This document shows, one piece after another, positions 26,500 through 35,964 of a stretch of 64,000 nucleotides of DNA. Below the pieces are notes generated by a model. The model saw only the letters and a list, made by a program, of their open reading frames with translations. It was not told the origin of the DNA and ran no database searches. Numbering within the stretch: the stretch's first letter is position 1; every line of letters begins with the position of its first letter. The stretch spans positions 32,001-96,000 of the IMG/VR virus record IMGVR_UViG_3300045988_131721. One strand, written 5' to 3'. This DNA comes from a virus. The translations under genes and the position numbers were made by a program.

Positions 26500-27558
26500 G
26501 TGATTATTATAAAAAGTAAAAGAAGAATAATTTATGAAATATATTTTCCTGCCTTCTGTAAAGACTTAAAGGATTTAACAAATAAAACATCATATTTCAA
26601 GGAACTAGGAGTAACAACCTTATGGCTGACTCCTATATTTCCTTCTTGTAACCAACATGGATACGATATAATAGATTACACAGATATTAAAAAAGAATAC
26701 GGAACATTAGAAGATTTCGATAGATTTGTAGAAGTAGCACATGAAAATAACTTAGAAGTTTTATTAGATTTAGTATTATGTCATACAAGTACACAAAATG
26801 AATTATTTAAAGAAAGTATAAAAGGGCAAAATGATTGTTACTTCTGGAGTGATAAACAACAAAATAATCAATGGAGAATATGTCATGATAATCAGAAATA
26901 TTATTTAGCAAAATGGAGTTATGACATGCCACAGTTAAACAATCAATCTGAAACAGTAAGAGATATGATAAAGGACATAATAAAGTTTTGGTTAATAGAC
27001 CATAATATAGACGGATTTAGACTGGATGCCATAATCTATGCATCTGGTAATTCAATTGAATTTTGGAAATGGTTTTGTGACGAAGTTTATAAAATAAAAC
27101 CAAACGCTTATATAGTTGGAGAAGCTTGGGATACATATGAAATAAGTAATAAATATGCCAAAGAAACAGGAATGAAAAGTTTCAATTTTGAGCAAGCAGG
27201 GTGGATAAAACATTCCTTAAACACAGGAAATCCATTAGTAATTAAAAATGACCCAAAATATGATGTTAACTTCTTGTGTAATCATGATATGAGCAGAATT
27301 AGCAATTCTGTAGGACATGATATGAATAAGTTATTTAAAGCCGTTGATATGTTATTTTCATTAGATGGTGATGTTTGTATATATTACGGTGATGAAATAA
27401 ATATGGGATTAAACCAAGATTGTCATGTTGAACAAGGAGGATACGGCGACTGGAAAGTTAGAGGAAAAATGGACTGGCATGAAGCAAAAAGACAAAGAAA
27501 AGACCCTAATAGCTTGTTTAATTATTATAAAAAGAAAATAAAGGAATATAAAAAATAA
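26500..27558 (+). CDS. GH13 (alpha-amylase family) glycoside hydrolase, catalytic barrel only
   Basis: IIYEIYFPAF, LGVTTLWLTPIF, region I DLVLCHTS, region II IDGFRLDAI, region III VGEAWD, region IV FLCNHDMSR. Domain C is absent. The start codon is uncertain because the GTG lies inside the SD. Confidence 0.75.
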   Translation: MIIIKSKRRIIYEIYFPAFCKDLKDLTNKTSYFKELGVTTLWLTPIFPSCNQHGYDIIDYTDIKKEYGTLEDFDRFVEVAHENNLEVLLDLVLCHTSTQNELFKESIKGQNDCYFWSDKQQNNQWRICHDNQKYYLAKWSYDMPQLNNQSETVRDMIKDIIKFWLIDHNIDGFRLDAIIYASGNSIEFWKWFCDEVYKIKPNAYIVGEAWDTYEISNKYAKETGMKSFNFEQAGWIKHSLNTGNPLVIKNDPKYDVNFLCNHDMSRISNSVGHDMNKLFKAVDMLFSLDGDVCIYYGDEINMGLNQDCHVEQGGYGDWKVRGKMDWHEAKRQRKDPNSLFNYYKKKIKEYKK

Positions 27559-27566
27559 TTAATAAA

Positions 27567-27600
27567 TAGCTCAAGTTAAATCGACTTGAGCTATATTTGT
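27567..27600 (+). terminator. Rho-independent terminator
   Basis: 10-bp stem TAGCTCAAGT / ACTTGAGCTA with a 7-nt loop, followed by TATTTGT. Confidence 0.6.
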
Positions 27601-27656
27601 AGGTATAAATTATCAATGAATAAATTAAAAGGGCTTAGAATGGCATTTAAAAGGTC
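27598..27656. repeat. Terminator-adjacent repeat element, copy A
   Basis: TGTAGGTATAAATTATCAATGAATAAATTAAAAGGGCTTAGAATGGCATTTAAAAGGTC. About 80 percent identical to 52053-52111 and shares its core with 32170-32195. Confidence 0.6.
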
Positions 27657-27671
27657 AAAATTTTTATCAAT

Positions 27672-27731
27672 CATAGGTAATTTTTGGTGAATTAATGTTA
27701 ATACGGTAATATAAGAGAGGAGTGATAGAAA
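27672..27731 (+). promoter_or_regulatory. Class II phage promoter cassette, copy 5
   Basis: CATAGGTAATTTT, 12 nt, GTTAATA, CGG, TAATATAAGAGAGGAGTGA. Confidence 0.55.
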
Positions 27732-27810
27732 ATGTATTATAATGAGGAACATAAAAAAAAGAGTAATTGAAAGTGGGGATGGTAATTATTGAATATAGAA
27801 AAAGTACAGA
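27732..27810 (+). pseudogene. Chimeric relic: family-2 endonuclease N-terminus joined to a family-1 fragment
   Basis: MYYNEEHK then an A8 run and frameshift, (R)VIESGDG matching family 2, then VIIEYRKSTD-stop matching the family-1 MVIIEYKNVHD segment. Confidence 0.55.
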
Positions 27811-27840
27811 TTGAAAATAATTAATAAAGGGGTGATAAAT

Positions 27841-29400
27841 ATGAAAATATTATACGAAGAATTGCCAGACTATCTACAAAAAAATAGAAAAAGCATTGAA
27901 GGAACTGTTTTGGGAGTTTTATTCCAAGACATAATGAGTGTTAAAGAATATAACTTAGACGATATATTTATAACACATGAAGGAATGGTATTATATAGAA
28001 TCGTTAAAACGCTTTCAGATAATAATGTATTGAAAGTTAGTGATTTAGATATTAAACTTCAATGTGAACCTTCTCTAGTTAAAGAGTATACTGACTTAGG
28101 TGGTTTTAAAATGGTAGAAATATTAATGAGAACAACAGAATTAGAAAATGCCAATTCATACATTGATTCGTTGCTTAAACATAATATGTTAATATCATTT
28201 TGGGAAGATGGGTTGGATTTAACAAAAGAGATAACTATAACAACTAAAAAAGGTGAAACTCAAATTAGTTGGTTAAATTTGGCTGATAAAATGACTACGG
28301 ATGAATTATTAAATTTTAAAGAAAGTAGAGACACTTCTTATCTGCCAATTAGTATTAATTCGGATGTAAAGGAACACGTTGGTGAAATAAGCATGGACTT
28401 TATAGAAAACTTAGAAAATGGTAATGAAGTTGGATTTTTATTTGAAAATGTCTTATCTTCTAAGTTTTTACCAACTATAAGTAAAGAAATACTAGGATTA
28501 AGAAAGAGAACATTGAATTTTATTGCCAGTTCTATAAATATTGGGAAAAGTACATTATTATCTAATCTAGCCTTATCTTTAGCATCTAATGGGTATAGAA
28601 CGTTGTTGATGACAAACGAGGAAGACATAAGTGCTTTCAAGATTAAATTCCTAACTTATTTGGTAAATAATGAGGTAGGATATAAAAAAATAAATCAAAA
28701 GAAAATTAAATCTGGTGGATTAACTGACGAAGATAAACTAGCACTTAGGGAGGCAAGAAATATATATAATGAAAAAATAGCAGACAATTTAATAATTGTA
28801 AGTACTAATACAATGAACATGGGTAGTATGAAAAAAATAATTAGGAAATATTCATTAAGTAGTAAAGGTTTAGATGTGTTTCTATTTGATACATTCAAAA
28901 TGAGTAACGGCACAGATGATGATTGGAAAGCCTTAGTAAAACAATCTCGTGAAATCCATGAATTAACAAAGATTTATGATATATGTGCTGTAATGACTTA
29001 TCAATTAGCAATGAGTAATCAAGGAGCTTTATTTCTAGATATCTCAATGATGGCGAATAGTAAACAAATTGGGGAAGTGGCTAGTGAAATTTTTTTAATG
29101 AGAACTTTATATAAAGAAGAGTTAGATAAGGATTCTAAAGCATATTGTAAACCTTTTAAAAGAGTAAAGAAAGGCGATAGATGGGTCGAAGAAGAGGTTG
29201 AGTTGAGTCCAGATTCAAATTATAGGATATTTTTTATAGGAAAATCGAGAAGTACAACTGTGTCAAGCGATAGTAATACAGCTTTCATATTACATATGAA
29301 TACATATAGCACAAAGATTAGTGAAGTATGTTTTTGCCACCCACAACGAATGAATATAAACAATATTAATCAACAAAATAATAAATTTGGTAAAAAGTAG
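27841..29400 (+). CDS. dnaB: DnaB-like replicative DNA helicase
   Basis: N-terminal SIEGTVLGVLFQD resembles the DnaB N-domain. RecA-like C-domain with FIASSINIGKSTLLSNLALSLA and later DVFLFDT. Confidence 0.65.
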   Translation: MKILYEELPDYLQKNRKSIEGTVLGVLFQDIMSVKEYNLDDIFITHEGMVLYRIVKTLSDNNVLKVSDLDIKLQCEPSLVKEYTDLGGFKMVEILMRTTELENANSYIDSLLKHNMLISFWEDGLDLTKEITITTKKGETQISWLNLADKMTTDELLNFKESRDTSYLPISINSDVKEHVGEISMDFIENLENGNEVGFLFENVLSSKFLPTISKEILGLRKRTLNFIASSINIGKSTLLSNLALSLASNGYRTLLMTNEEDISAFKIKFLTYLVNNEVGYKKINQKKIKSGGLTDEDKLALREARNIYNEKIADNLIIVSTNTMNMGSMKKIIRKYSLSSKGLDVFLFDTFKMSNGTDDDWKALVKQSREIHELTKIYDICAVMTYQLAMSNQGALFLDISMMANSKQIGEVASEIFLMRTLYKEELDKDSKAYCKPFKRVKKGDRWVEEEVELSPDSNYRIFFIGKSRSTTVSSDSNTAFILHMNTYSTKISEVCFCHPQRMNINNINQQNNKFGKK

Positions 29401-29413
29401 GTGACAAACCTAT

Positions 29414-30442
29414 ATGAAAGAGTATTTAAAAAATAATCCAGAACAAATTGAAAAAATATTAAGTTATTACAATTATCATAGTATTAATATAACAGATAAA
29501 GAGATTAGGTGTGCAAAAGTAGGAGGAGATAACCCTAGTGGCTGGAGAATCAAATTAAATGATAATTTATCAGCTACAGACTTTACAACGTCTTATAACG
29601 GTGACCTATTCGGTTTAATAGCTACTCATACAGGTTTGACTTATAGAGAAGTTATCAAAACAATTACAATAATGTTAGGTAAGAAAATAGAAGGTAATTA
29701 TCAACCAGAGGAAGAGGTACTATTTGATGGTTTCTTCGATGACTTATATATTCCATATGAAGATGAAGAAAAGGAAGTGACTTATGACGAAAGTGTTTTA
29801 GATAAATATAATAATGGTTATAAATGGTTTAAACGTTTTGCAGATGATGGTATATTACCTTCAAGTCAGCTGAAATTCCAAATAGGATTCGATAAGGGGA
29901 GTAATAGGCTTATTATTCCTTGGAGGAATGAAAATGGAAAGCTAGTGGGGACTATGGGCCGTATAGATTCGGATGAGCCTACGAATTATAAATACCTTCC
30001 ACTTGTAGCATTCTCTAAGCACAAATTTCTATACGGCTTGTACCAAAACAGGACATACATCAAAGAAAGTAAGGAAGTGTTTATATTTGAAAGTGAGAAG
30101 AGTGTGATGCAATGTGATAGCTTTGGAGTGCATAATGCAGTCGCATTAGGCGGTAATAGTATTTCTACTACTCAAGTTGAAAAGTTATTAAAAATAGGAG
30201 TTGAACATTTTATAATCGCATTAGATGAAGGATTAGACACAGAAATAATTAAAAAAAATATTAAAACTATCAAATCATGTTGTTTTATGAGAGATATTAA
30301 AATAGGGTTTATTTTAGATAAAGACAATAAATATATGATGAAAGGTAGTAAGGTCTCGCCTACAGACCAAGGAGGGGAAATATTTAAAAAATTGATAAAA
30401 GAATGTTTAATAATTAATAAAGGGATGATGAAATATGAGTAG
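29414..30442 (+). CDS. TOPRIM-domain DNA primase
   Basis: TOPRIM motifs VFIFESEKSVMQ, ALGGNS and HFIIALDEGLD. The 3' end reads through a junction motif and overlaps the next gene by 8 nt. Confidence 0.6.
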   Translation: MKEYLKNNPEQIEKILSYYNYHSINITDKEIRCAKVGGDNPSGWRIKLNDNLSATDFTTSYNGDLFGLIATHTGLTYREVIKTITIMLGKKIEGNYQPEEEVLFDGFFDDLYIPYEDEEKEVTYDESVLDKYNNGYKWFKRFADDGILPSSQLKFQIGFDKGSNRLIIPWRNENGKLVGTMGRIDSDEPTNYKYLPLVAFSKHKFLYGLYQNRTYIKESKEVFIFESEKSVMQCDSFGVHNAVALGGNSISTTQVEKLLKIGVEHFIIALDEGLDTEIIKKNIKTIKSCCFMRDIKIGFILDKDNKYMMKGSKVSPTDQGGEIFKKLIKECLIINKGMMKYE

Positions 30443-31214
30443 AAAAACAACAGATAGAACTGGTGAGAAAAGATTAAACAACTTCGGGAGTGAAATGGTT
30501 ATCGTAGATTATAGAGGATGTATGGACGTTGATGTATACTTTCCAGAATACGATTGGGTTTATAAAAGTGTAACATATCAAAAGTTTAAAGACGGAGGTG
30601 TAAAATGTCCATATGAAAGAAGTGTATATGGGGTTGGCTATTTTGGGAATGGTGAATATAAAGCGTGGGAAAATGGTAAAAATACTAGAATTTATAATAC
30701 GTGGTATGACATGTTGAAAAGATGTTACGATAAAGAATATCATAAAAAACAACCTACATATAAAAATTGTACAGTTTGCGATGAATGGTTAAACTTCCAA
30801 AATTTTGCTAGGTGGTATGAAGAGAATTATTATGAAATAGAAGGTGAAGTAATGTGTTTAGATAAAGATATTTTATTTAAAGGTAATAAAATTTACAGTC
30901 CTGAAACTTGCGTAATTGTACCACAAGCTATTAATAAATTATTCACTAAGAGACAAAATGATAGAGGTGATTCGGCTATAGGTACGAGTCCTGTAGATGG
31001 TAAATATATGGTAAGATGTCACATGATTAATCCTAAAACTGGTAAATCTAAAAGAAAATATTTAGGAATTTATGATACTCAAGAGAAAGCATTTAAAATA
31101 TACAAGTATTACAAAGAAAAGAATATAAAAATGGTAGCAGATTATTTCAGAGAACAGATACCAGACAAATTATATGATGCACTATATAATTATGAAGTAG
31201 AGATAGATGATTAA
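30435..31214 (+). CDS. Homing-endonuclease-like protein, family 1, copy 3
   Basis: Full family-1 block set including N-terminal DRTGEKRLNNFGSEMVIVDY. Confidence 0.65.
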   Translation: MSRKTTDRTGEKRLNNFGSEMVIVDYRGCMDVDVYFPEYDWVYKSVTYQKFKDGGVKCPYERSVYGVGYFGNGEYKAWENGKNTRIYNTWYDMLKRCYDKEYHKKQPTYKNCTVCDEWLNFQNFARWYEENYYEIEGEVMCLDKDILFKGNKIYSPETCVIVPQAINKLFTKRQNDRGDSAIGTSPVDGKYMVRCHMINPKTGKSKRKYLGIYDTQEKAFKIYKYYKEKNIKMVADYFREQIPDKLYDALYNYEVEIDD

Positions 31215-31238
31215 AAATAATTAATAAGGAGTGATTTT

Positions 31239-32102
31239 ATGAGTGAAAATAAAAAAGAGAAATATAGTTTTAGTAAACTTAGTTGTTATGGGAATTGTCC
31301 TAAAAATTATTATTTAACTTATATAGAACATGTTAAAAGAAGTCAAAATATTTATGGGAGTGCAGGTGGTGATGCTCACGAACTGGTACAAGCCCTAGAA
31401 ATAGGAGAAATGACAAATGAACAAGCCGTTGAAGAATGGGAATCAAAAATGGATATATATGAATTCTGTGGTGAAGCTAATTTTCCAACAATTAATGCTA
31501 AGAAAAATTATATAACAGATGTAACGGCTTATTTCAGAAATTTTAAACCAATACCTATAAATGGTAGGGAAGTATTAATAGAGAAGGAGTTTGAAGTTGA
31601 GATTGAAGGAATTATTATTCGTGGATTCGTCGATTTAACATTGATTGACCACAACAAAAAAGAGATTGAAGTGATTGATTATAAAACATCAAGCAAGAGT
31701 GGATTTACAAATAAAAATCTAATTAAAAAATGTTATCAATTGATTTTATATTCATTAGCATTACAAAAGTTATATCCAAATTATAAAATAGTTAGAAATG
31801 CCTTTGATATGTTGAAGTATGGAAAACATAAAGAGACAGGTAGAGTTAAGGAAAGAAAAGATATTCCACCAGGAAAAGAAAAAGAGTATGAACGTTATTT
31901 TATTGAAATACCATTTAATCAAGAAAATATAGACTTATTTAAAAAATTTGTAAATAAATCTATGGATGATATTAATAAGGCTAAAGAAGAAGATTTATGG
32001 GATGTTAATAAAACTAATTTCAGTTTCTTTTGTAAATTCTTATGTTCTACAGCAGAATATTGTCAAGAATATCAAAAATATAATAAAACTAAAAGGAAAT
32101 AA
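31239..32102 (+). CDS. PD-(D/E)XK nuclease, Cas4/RecB-exonuclease-like with Cys cluster
   Basis: N-terminal CYGNCP. FVDLTLID...EVIDYKTS (D...D/ExK), QLILYSLAL (QxxxY), C-terminal FFCKFLCSTAEYC. Confidence 0.7.
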   Translation: MSENKKEKYSFSKLSCYGNCPKNYYLTYIEHVKRSQNIYGSAGGDAHELVQALEIGEMTNEQAVEEWESKMDIYEFCGEANFPTINAKKNYITDVTAYFRNFKPIPINGREVLIEKEFEVEIEGIIIRGFVDLTLIDHNKKEIEVIDYKTSSKSGFTNKNLIKKCYQLILYSLALQKLYPNYKIVRNAFDMLKYGKHKETGRVKERKDIPPGKEKEYERYFIEIPFNQENIDLFKKFVNKSMDDINKAKEEDLWDVNKTNFSFFCKFLCSTAEYCQEYQKYNKTKRK

Positions 32103-32169
32103 AAACTTTTGTAAAAGAAATTGTAAATATTATAAACAAGTACAATATAGAAATTAATACCTTGTTATA

Positions 32170-32195
32170 GCCTTAGAATGGCGTTCTAAAAGGTG
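32170..32195. repeat. Terminator-adjacent repeat element, copy B (core only)
   Basis: GCCTTAGAATGGCGTTCTAAAAGGTG, preceded by an imperfect hairpin AACAAGTA...TACCTTGTT. Confidence 0.45.
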
Positions 32196-32262
32196 TATTA
32201 AAAATATAAAGATAAAATTGTAATTTTATTTTAAAAGAAGATAAATGATTGGAGGAATAATT

Positions 32263-32598
32263 ATGGCAAATTTAAATTGGGAATATAAAAATAAATTTAA
32301 AGCAAGAGCAAGAAATGATATTAAAACAAGAGATGAAAGTAAAGTTTTATATAAAGCAGGAGAAACATTTGAATTTATAGTGACTGGTTATGGTGGTGAC
32401 CATTTTGGAATTGATGAATGTGAAGGCGAAAAAGTTTATTGTAACATTTATTTTAAAGATATAGAATTTGCTTTAAATATGGATAAAGGTACTTATAGAA
32501 CATATGATGATAATGGTAAGGTAATTGAAAATACTGTACCTAAAACATATGATTACATTTATTCATCAATATATGACGAAGAATATTCAGCTCATTAA
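32263..32598 (+). CDS. Hypothetical protein
   Basis: ATG after TGGAGGA. 111 aa. Confidence 0.55.
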   Translation: MANLNWEYKNKFKARARNDIKTRDESKVLYKAGETFEFIVTGYGGDHFGIDECEGEKVYCNIYFKDIEFALNMDKGTYRTYDDNGKVIENTVPKTYDYIYSSIYDEEYSAH

Positions 32599-32649
32599 AG
32601 GACTAATTGTTAAGTAATTATATACGTAGAAATATGTATTCAAACATAA

Positions 32650-32844
32650 TTAAACATTAAAAGATTAGGGTTAAAACTAACAAAAGAGGAGTCTAAATTA
32701 TTAAAAGAATATAGCAAATATAAAGTAGAGGATTTGATAGGAATAGAAACTGAAATACAAGTTGTAACGGATATTATAGAGTTTATACTGCTTGGATTTC
32801 CATTAGAATATTCTATTAAATTTTTATTGGAAGAAAATAATTAA
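32650..32844 (+). pseudogene. Start-less coding remnant (64 codons ending LLEENN-stop)
   Basis: Open frame LNIKRLGLKLTKEESKLLKEYSKYKVEDLIGIETEIQVVTDIIEFILLGFPLEYSIKFLLEENN. No ATG or GTG and no RBS. Ends in the junction motif. Confidence 0.3.
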
Positions 32845-32849
32845 TAAAC

Positions 32850-32907
32850 TATAGGTAATTTTGAAAGTAAAATTGTTAATACGATAATATAGGAAGGAGA
32901 TGATATT
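32850..32907 (+). promoter_or_regulatory. Class II phage promoter cassette, copy 6 (drives a family-1 endonuclease gene)
   Basis: TATAGGTAATTTT, 12 nt, GTTAATA, CGA, TAATATAGGAAGGAGATGATATT, ATG. Confidence 0.55.
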
Positions 32908-33690
32908 ATGGGAAGAGATAAAGTTGATAGAACAGGGGAAAGGAGTTGTAATAATTTCGGTAGTGAAATGATAATTGTTAAATGTAATAATGCACGTGAC
33001 ATAGATGTATATTTTCCTCAATATGATTGGATTGCTAGGAATAAACAATATAATCATTTTAAAAATGGTAAAATTAGTTGTCCATATGAACCTAGAGTAT
33101 TTGGAGTAGGATATATTGGTGAAGGTGAATATAAGGTATGGGAAAATTGTAAGTCTACTAGAGCCTATAAAAGTTGGAATCATATGTTAGAAAGGTGTTA
33201 TTCTGATAAATTTCATAAAAGAAATCCTACTTATGAAGATTGTGAGATTGATGAATCATTTCATAATTTTCAAAATTTTGGATATTGGGATGAAAACAAT
33301 TACTATCAAATCGAAGGAGAAAGAATGCATTTAGATAAGGATATACTCCACAAAGGAAACAAAATATATAGTCCCGAAACTTGTATTTATGTACCACAAA
33401 CTATAAATTCATTATTTATTAAAAGACAAAATGATAGAGGAGAATCAGCTATTGGTACAAGTCCTCATAAATGTGGGAAATATACAGTGTATTGTAGTTT
33501 AATCAATCCAGAAACAGGTAAATCAAAGAGTGAATATTTAGGTTTATATGACACACAAGAAAAAGGATTTGAGATTTATAAATACTATAAAGAAAGGAAT
33601 ATAAAACAAGTTGCAGATTATTATAAAGGACAGATACCCGAAAAGTTATATATAGCTTTATATAATTACGAAGTTGAAATAGACGATTAA
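32908..33690 (+). CDS. Homing-endonuclease-like protein, family 1, copy 4
   Basis: Full family-1 block set. Lies immediately upstream of the DNA polymerase gene. Confidence 0.65.
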   Translation: MGRDKVDRTGERSCNNFGSEMIIVKCNNARDIDVYFPQYDWIARNKQYNHFKNGKISCPYEPRVFGVGYIGEGEYKVWENCKSTRAYKSWNHMLERCYSDKFHKRNPTYEDCEIDESFHNFQNFGYWDENNYYQIEGERMHLDKDILHKGNKIYSPETCIYVPQTINSLFIKRQNDRGESAIGTSPHKCGKYTVYCSLINPETGKSKSEYLGLYDTQEKGFEIYKYYKERNIKQVADYYKGQIPEKLYIALYNYEVEIDD

Positions 33691-33708
33691 TATAGGAGGT
33701 GGTAATGG

Positions 33709-35505
33709 ATGTCAAAAAAAACCAGATTAATATTTTATGACTTTGAAGTATTTAAAGAGGATTGGTTAGTTTGTTTAACCGATTATTCTACAAAACAAGA
33801 ATGTGTTATTGTAAATGACAGAAATAAATTAATAAGGCTTTATAATAAATTCAAAGACAATACTATATTTATTGGATTTAACAATAGACATTATGACGAC
33901 GTGATATTTAAAGGTATATTAATGAATATGAATCCAAAAGAAATCAATGATAAATTAATAGAAGGGAAAAAACCTCACGAAATATCTAGAACGTTTAATA
34001 AAATTAAACTATATAGTTATGACACTTTAATTTTAAATAAAAGTTTAAAACAACTTGAATTATTTATGGGTAGTAATATAAAAGAAACAGATGTGCCATT
34101 TGATATAGATAGAAAACTAACAATGAAAGAAATAGAAGAAACAATTAAATATTGTAAACATGACGTTAGTGAGACAATAAAAGTATTTGAAGCTACAATA
34201 AATGATTTTAAAGCACATAAATCTTTAATTGAAAAATTTAATTTACCTATCAATTCATTTTCCAAAACTAAAGCTAAACTTAGTGCTGAAATATTAGAAG
34301 CTGAAAGACAACATGGAGTTACGGATGGGTTAGAATATGAATTTTTACCAACTATAAAATTGAATAAATATAAATATATTCAAGATTGGTTTGATACTCA
34401 TAGAGAATATACTTATGTAAATGAAAAAGGAACTAATAAAAAAATGCAACTGGAAACTGAAGTATTTGGTATAAATACAATATATGGCTTTGGAGGATTA
34501 CATTCTGCTAGAAAAAAATATTTTCACAAAGTAGAAGAAAATGAATTAATAGTTCACAGTGATGTTGCAAGTTTTTACCCTTCCATAATGCGTAATTATA
34601 AATTATTAAGTAGAGCAGTACATAAACCCGAAAAATTTAATGAAATTATGGATGAACGTCTACGCTTAAAAGCTTTAGGTGACAAAAAAGGACAAGCACC
34701 CCTAAAAATAGTCATCAACGCTACATACGGAATATGCAAAGATAAATGGAGTAAAATGTTTGATGAAAAAAGAGCAAATGAAATATGTATAAATTGTCAG
34801 TTATTTTTGACAGATTTACTTGAGAAATTAGAAACAAGTAATCTTGATTTAGAACTTATACAGGCAAATACAGATGGTATAATCGTTTTATTAAGAAACA
34901 AAAATGAATTTGAACAATATAAAGCAATTTGTCAAGAATGGGAAATACGTACTGGATTTAAACTAGAACATGATTTAATTAAAAACATAATGCAAAAAGA
35001 TGTAAACAATTATATATTTGAATTTGAAAATGGTAAACTTGAAAGAAAAGGAGCATATGTGAAAGAATATTCACTTATAGATAATAATTTATCTATAATC
35101 ACAGATGCTGTGGTAGAATATTTATTACATGAAACTCCTGTAGAAGAAACAATTAATAATTGTGACGAACTCATAAAATTCCAAATGTGTTGTAAGATAG
35201 GAAGTACATACAATTACATGATGTGGGGTGATAAAATATTAAATACAAAATGTAATAGAGTATTCGCAACAACGAAAGATTTACCAGGATTATCAAAAGT
35301 AAAATGTAATTTTAAAAATAAAAAAGGTGAAGTAGCAGATAAAATAGAAAAAGTAGCTAGCACACCAGAAAAAGTTATGATATACAATGAAGAAGTAATA
35401 GATAAATCAGTGTTAGAAGTTTTACCAGAATTAGATAAACAATTTTATATTGATTTGGCTAAAAAAAGACTTAAAGATTTTGGTATAAAATTTATTAAAT
35501 CATAG
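33709..35505 (+). CDS. Family B DNA polymerase with 3'-5' exonuclease domain
   Basis: Exo I FYDFEVF, Exo II GFNNRHYDD, Exo III YCKHDV. Pol motif A SDVASFYPSIM, motif B KIVINATYG, motif C ANTDGI. Confidence 0.8.
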   Translation: MSKKTRLIFYDFEVFKEDWLVCLTDYSTKQECVIVNDRNKLIRLYNKFKDNTIFIGFNNRHYDDVIFKGILMNMNPKEINDKLIEGKKPHEISRTFNKIKLYSYDTLILNKSLKQLELFMGSNIKETDVPFDIDRKLTMKEIEETIKYCKHDVSETIKVFEATINDFKAHKSLIEKFNLPINSFSKTKAKLSAEILEAERQHGVTDGLEYEFLPTIKLNKYKYIQDWFDTHREYTYVNEKGTNKKMQLETEVFGINTIYGFGGLHSARKKYFHKVEENELIVHSDVASFYPSIMRNYKLLSRAVHKPEKFNEIMDERLRLKALGDKKGQAPLKIVINATYGICKDKWSKMFDEKRANEICINCQLFLTDLLEKLETSNLDLELIQANTDGIIVLLRNKNEFEQYKAICQEWEIRTGFKLEHDLIKNIMQKDVNNYIFEFENGKLERKGAYVKEYSLIDNNLSIITDAVVEYLLHETPVEETINNCDELIKFQMCCKIGSTYNYMMWGDKILNTKCNRVFATTKDLPGLSKVKCNFKNKKGEVADKIEKVASTPEKVMIYNEEVIDKSVLEVLPELDKQFYIDLAKKRLKDFGIKFIKS

Positions 35506-35569
35506 GTAATTTTTAAATAACTTTAGTTAATATAGTAATATAAGGAGGCGATAAAAATGTAAAATGTAA
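35501..35569 (+). promoter_or_regulatory. Class II phage promoter cassette, copy 7, with duplicated ATG-TAA start-stop
   Basis: CATAGGTAATTTT overlaps the polymerase TAG stop. AGTTAATA, TAG, TAATATAAGGAGGCGATAAAA, ATG TAA A ATG TAA (35557-35569). Confidence 0.55.
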
Positions 35570-35610
35570 ATAAAATATTAATAAAAATAACAAATAAGGA
35601 GGAGAATAAT

Positions 35611-35964
35611 ATGTATTGTATTAAAAATATAGACCATATAAAAATAAATGACTTATATTTAAGGACTATAAATGGTTATAAAATTTATAAAAAAGGAAAA
35701 GATGTATTATTATATATAGATAATGAAGTATTTACAAACGAAATAAGAAAATTTTTATTAAGTGTTATCACCAATAGTAATAATTTGTATAATATATCTA
35801 TAGTAGAAACAACAATAGACGATATGGGTGTTACAAATAAATTAAAAACAATTTTTCTATGCGAAATAGCAGAAGGTACAATATATGAAAAAAAATATGA
35901 TGAAATATCAAATACAATACCGATATTTAAAGTAATAAATGTTTATGAAAGCGAGGTAGAATAA
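35611..35964 (+). CDS. Hypothetical protein (paralog of 36569-36925)
   Basis: Shares NGYxIxKK...LYLDINNEVFT(N/D)E...(C)(E/K)I(A/T)EGT(I/L)(Y/F)...P(I/L)FK(V/I)I with 36569-36925. Confidence 0.55.
   Translation: MYCIKNIDHIKINDLYLRTINGYKIYKKGKDVLLYIDNEVFTNEIRKFLLSVITNSNNLYNISIVETTIDDMGVTNKLKTIFLCEIAEGTIYEKKYDEISNTIPIFKVINVYESEVE

Noticed and set aside
31966-32157. 63-aa plus-strand ORF overlapping the 3' end of the Cas4-like nuclease gene. The similar ORF at 51863-52063 overlaps the last endonuclease copy.
   Set aside because: These are alternative-frame overlaps with no RBS, running through terminator hairpins.
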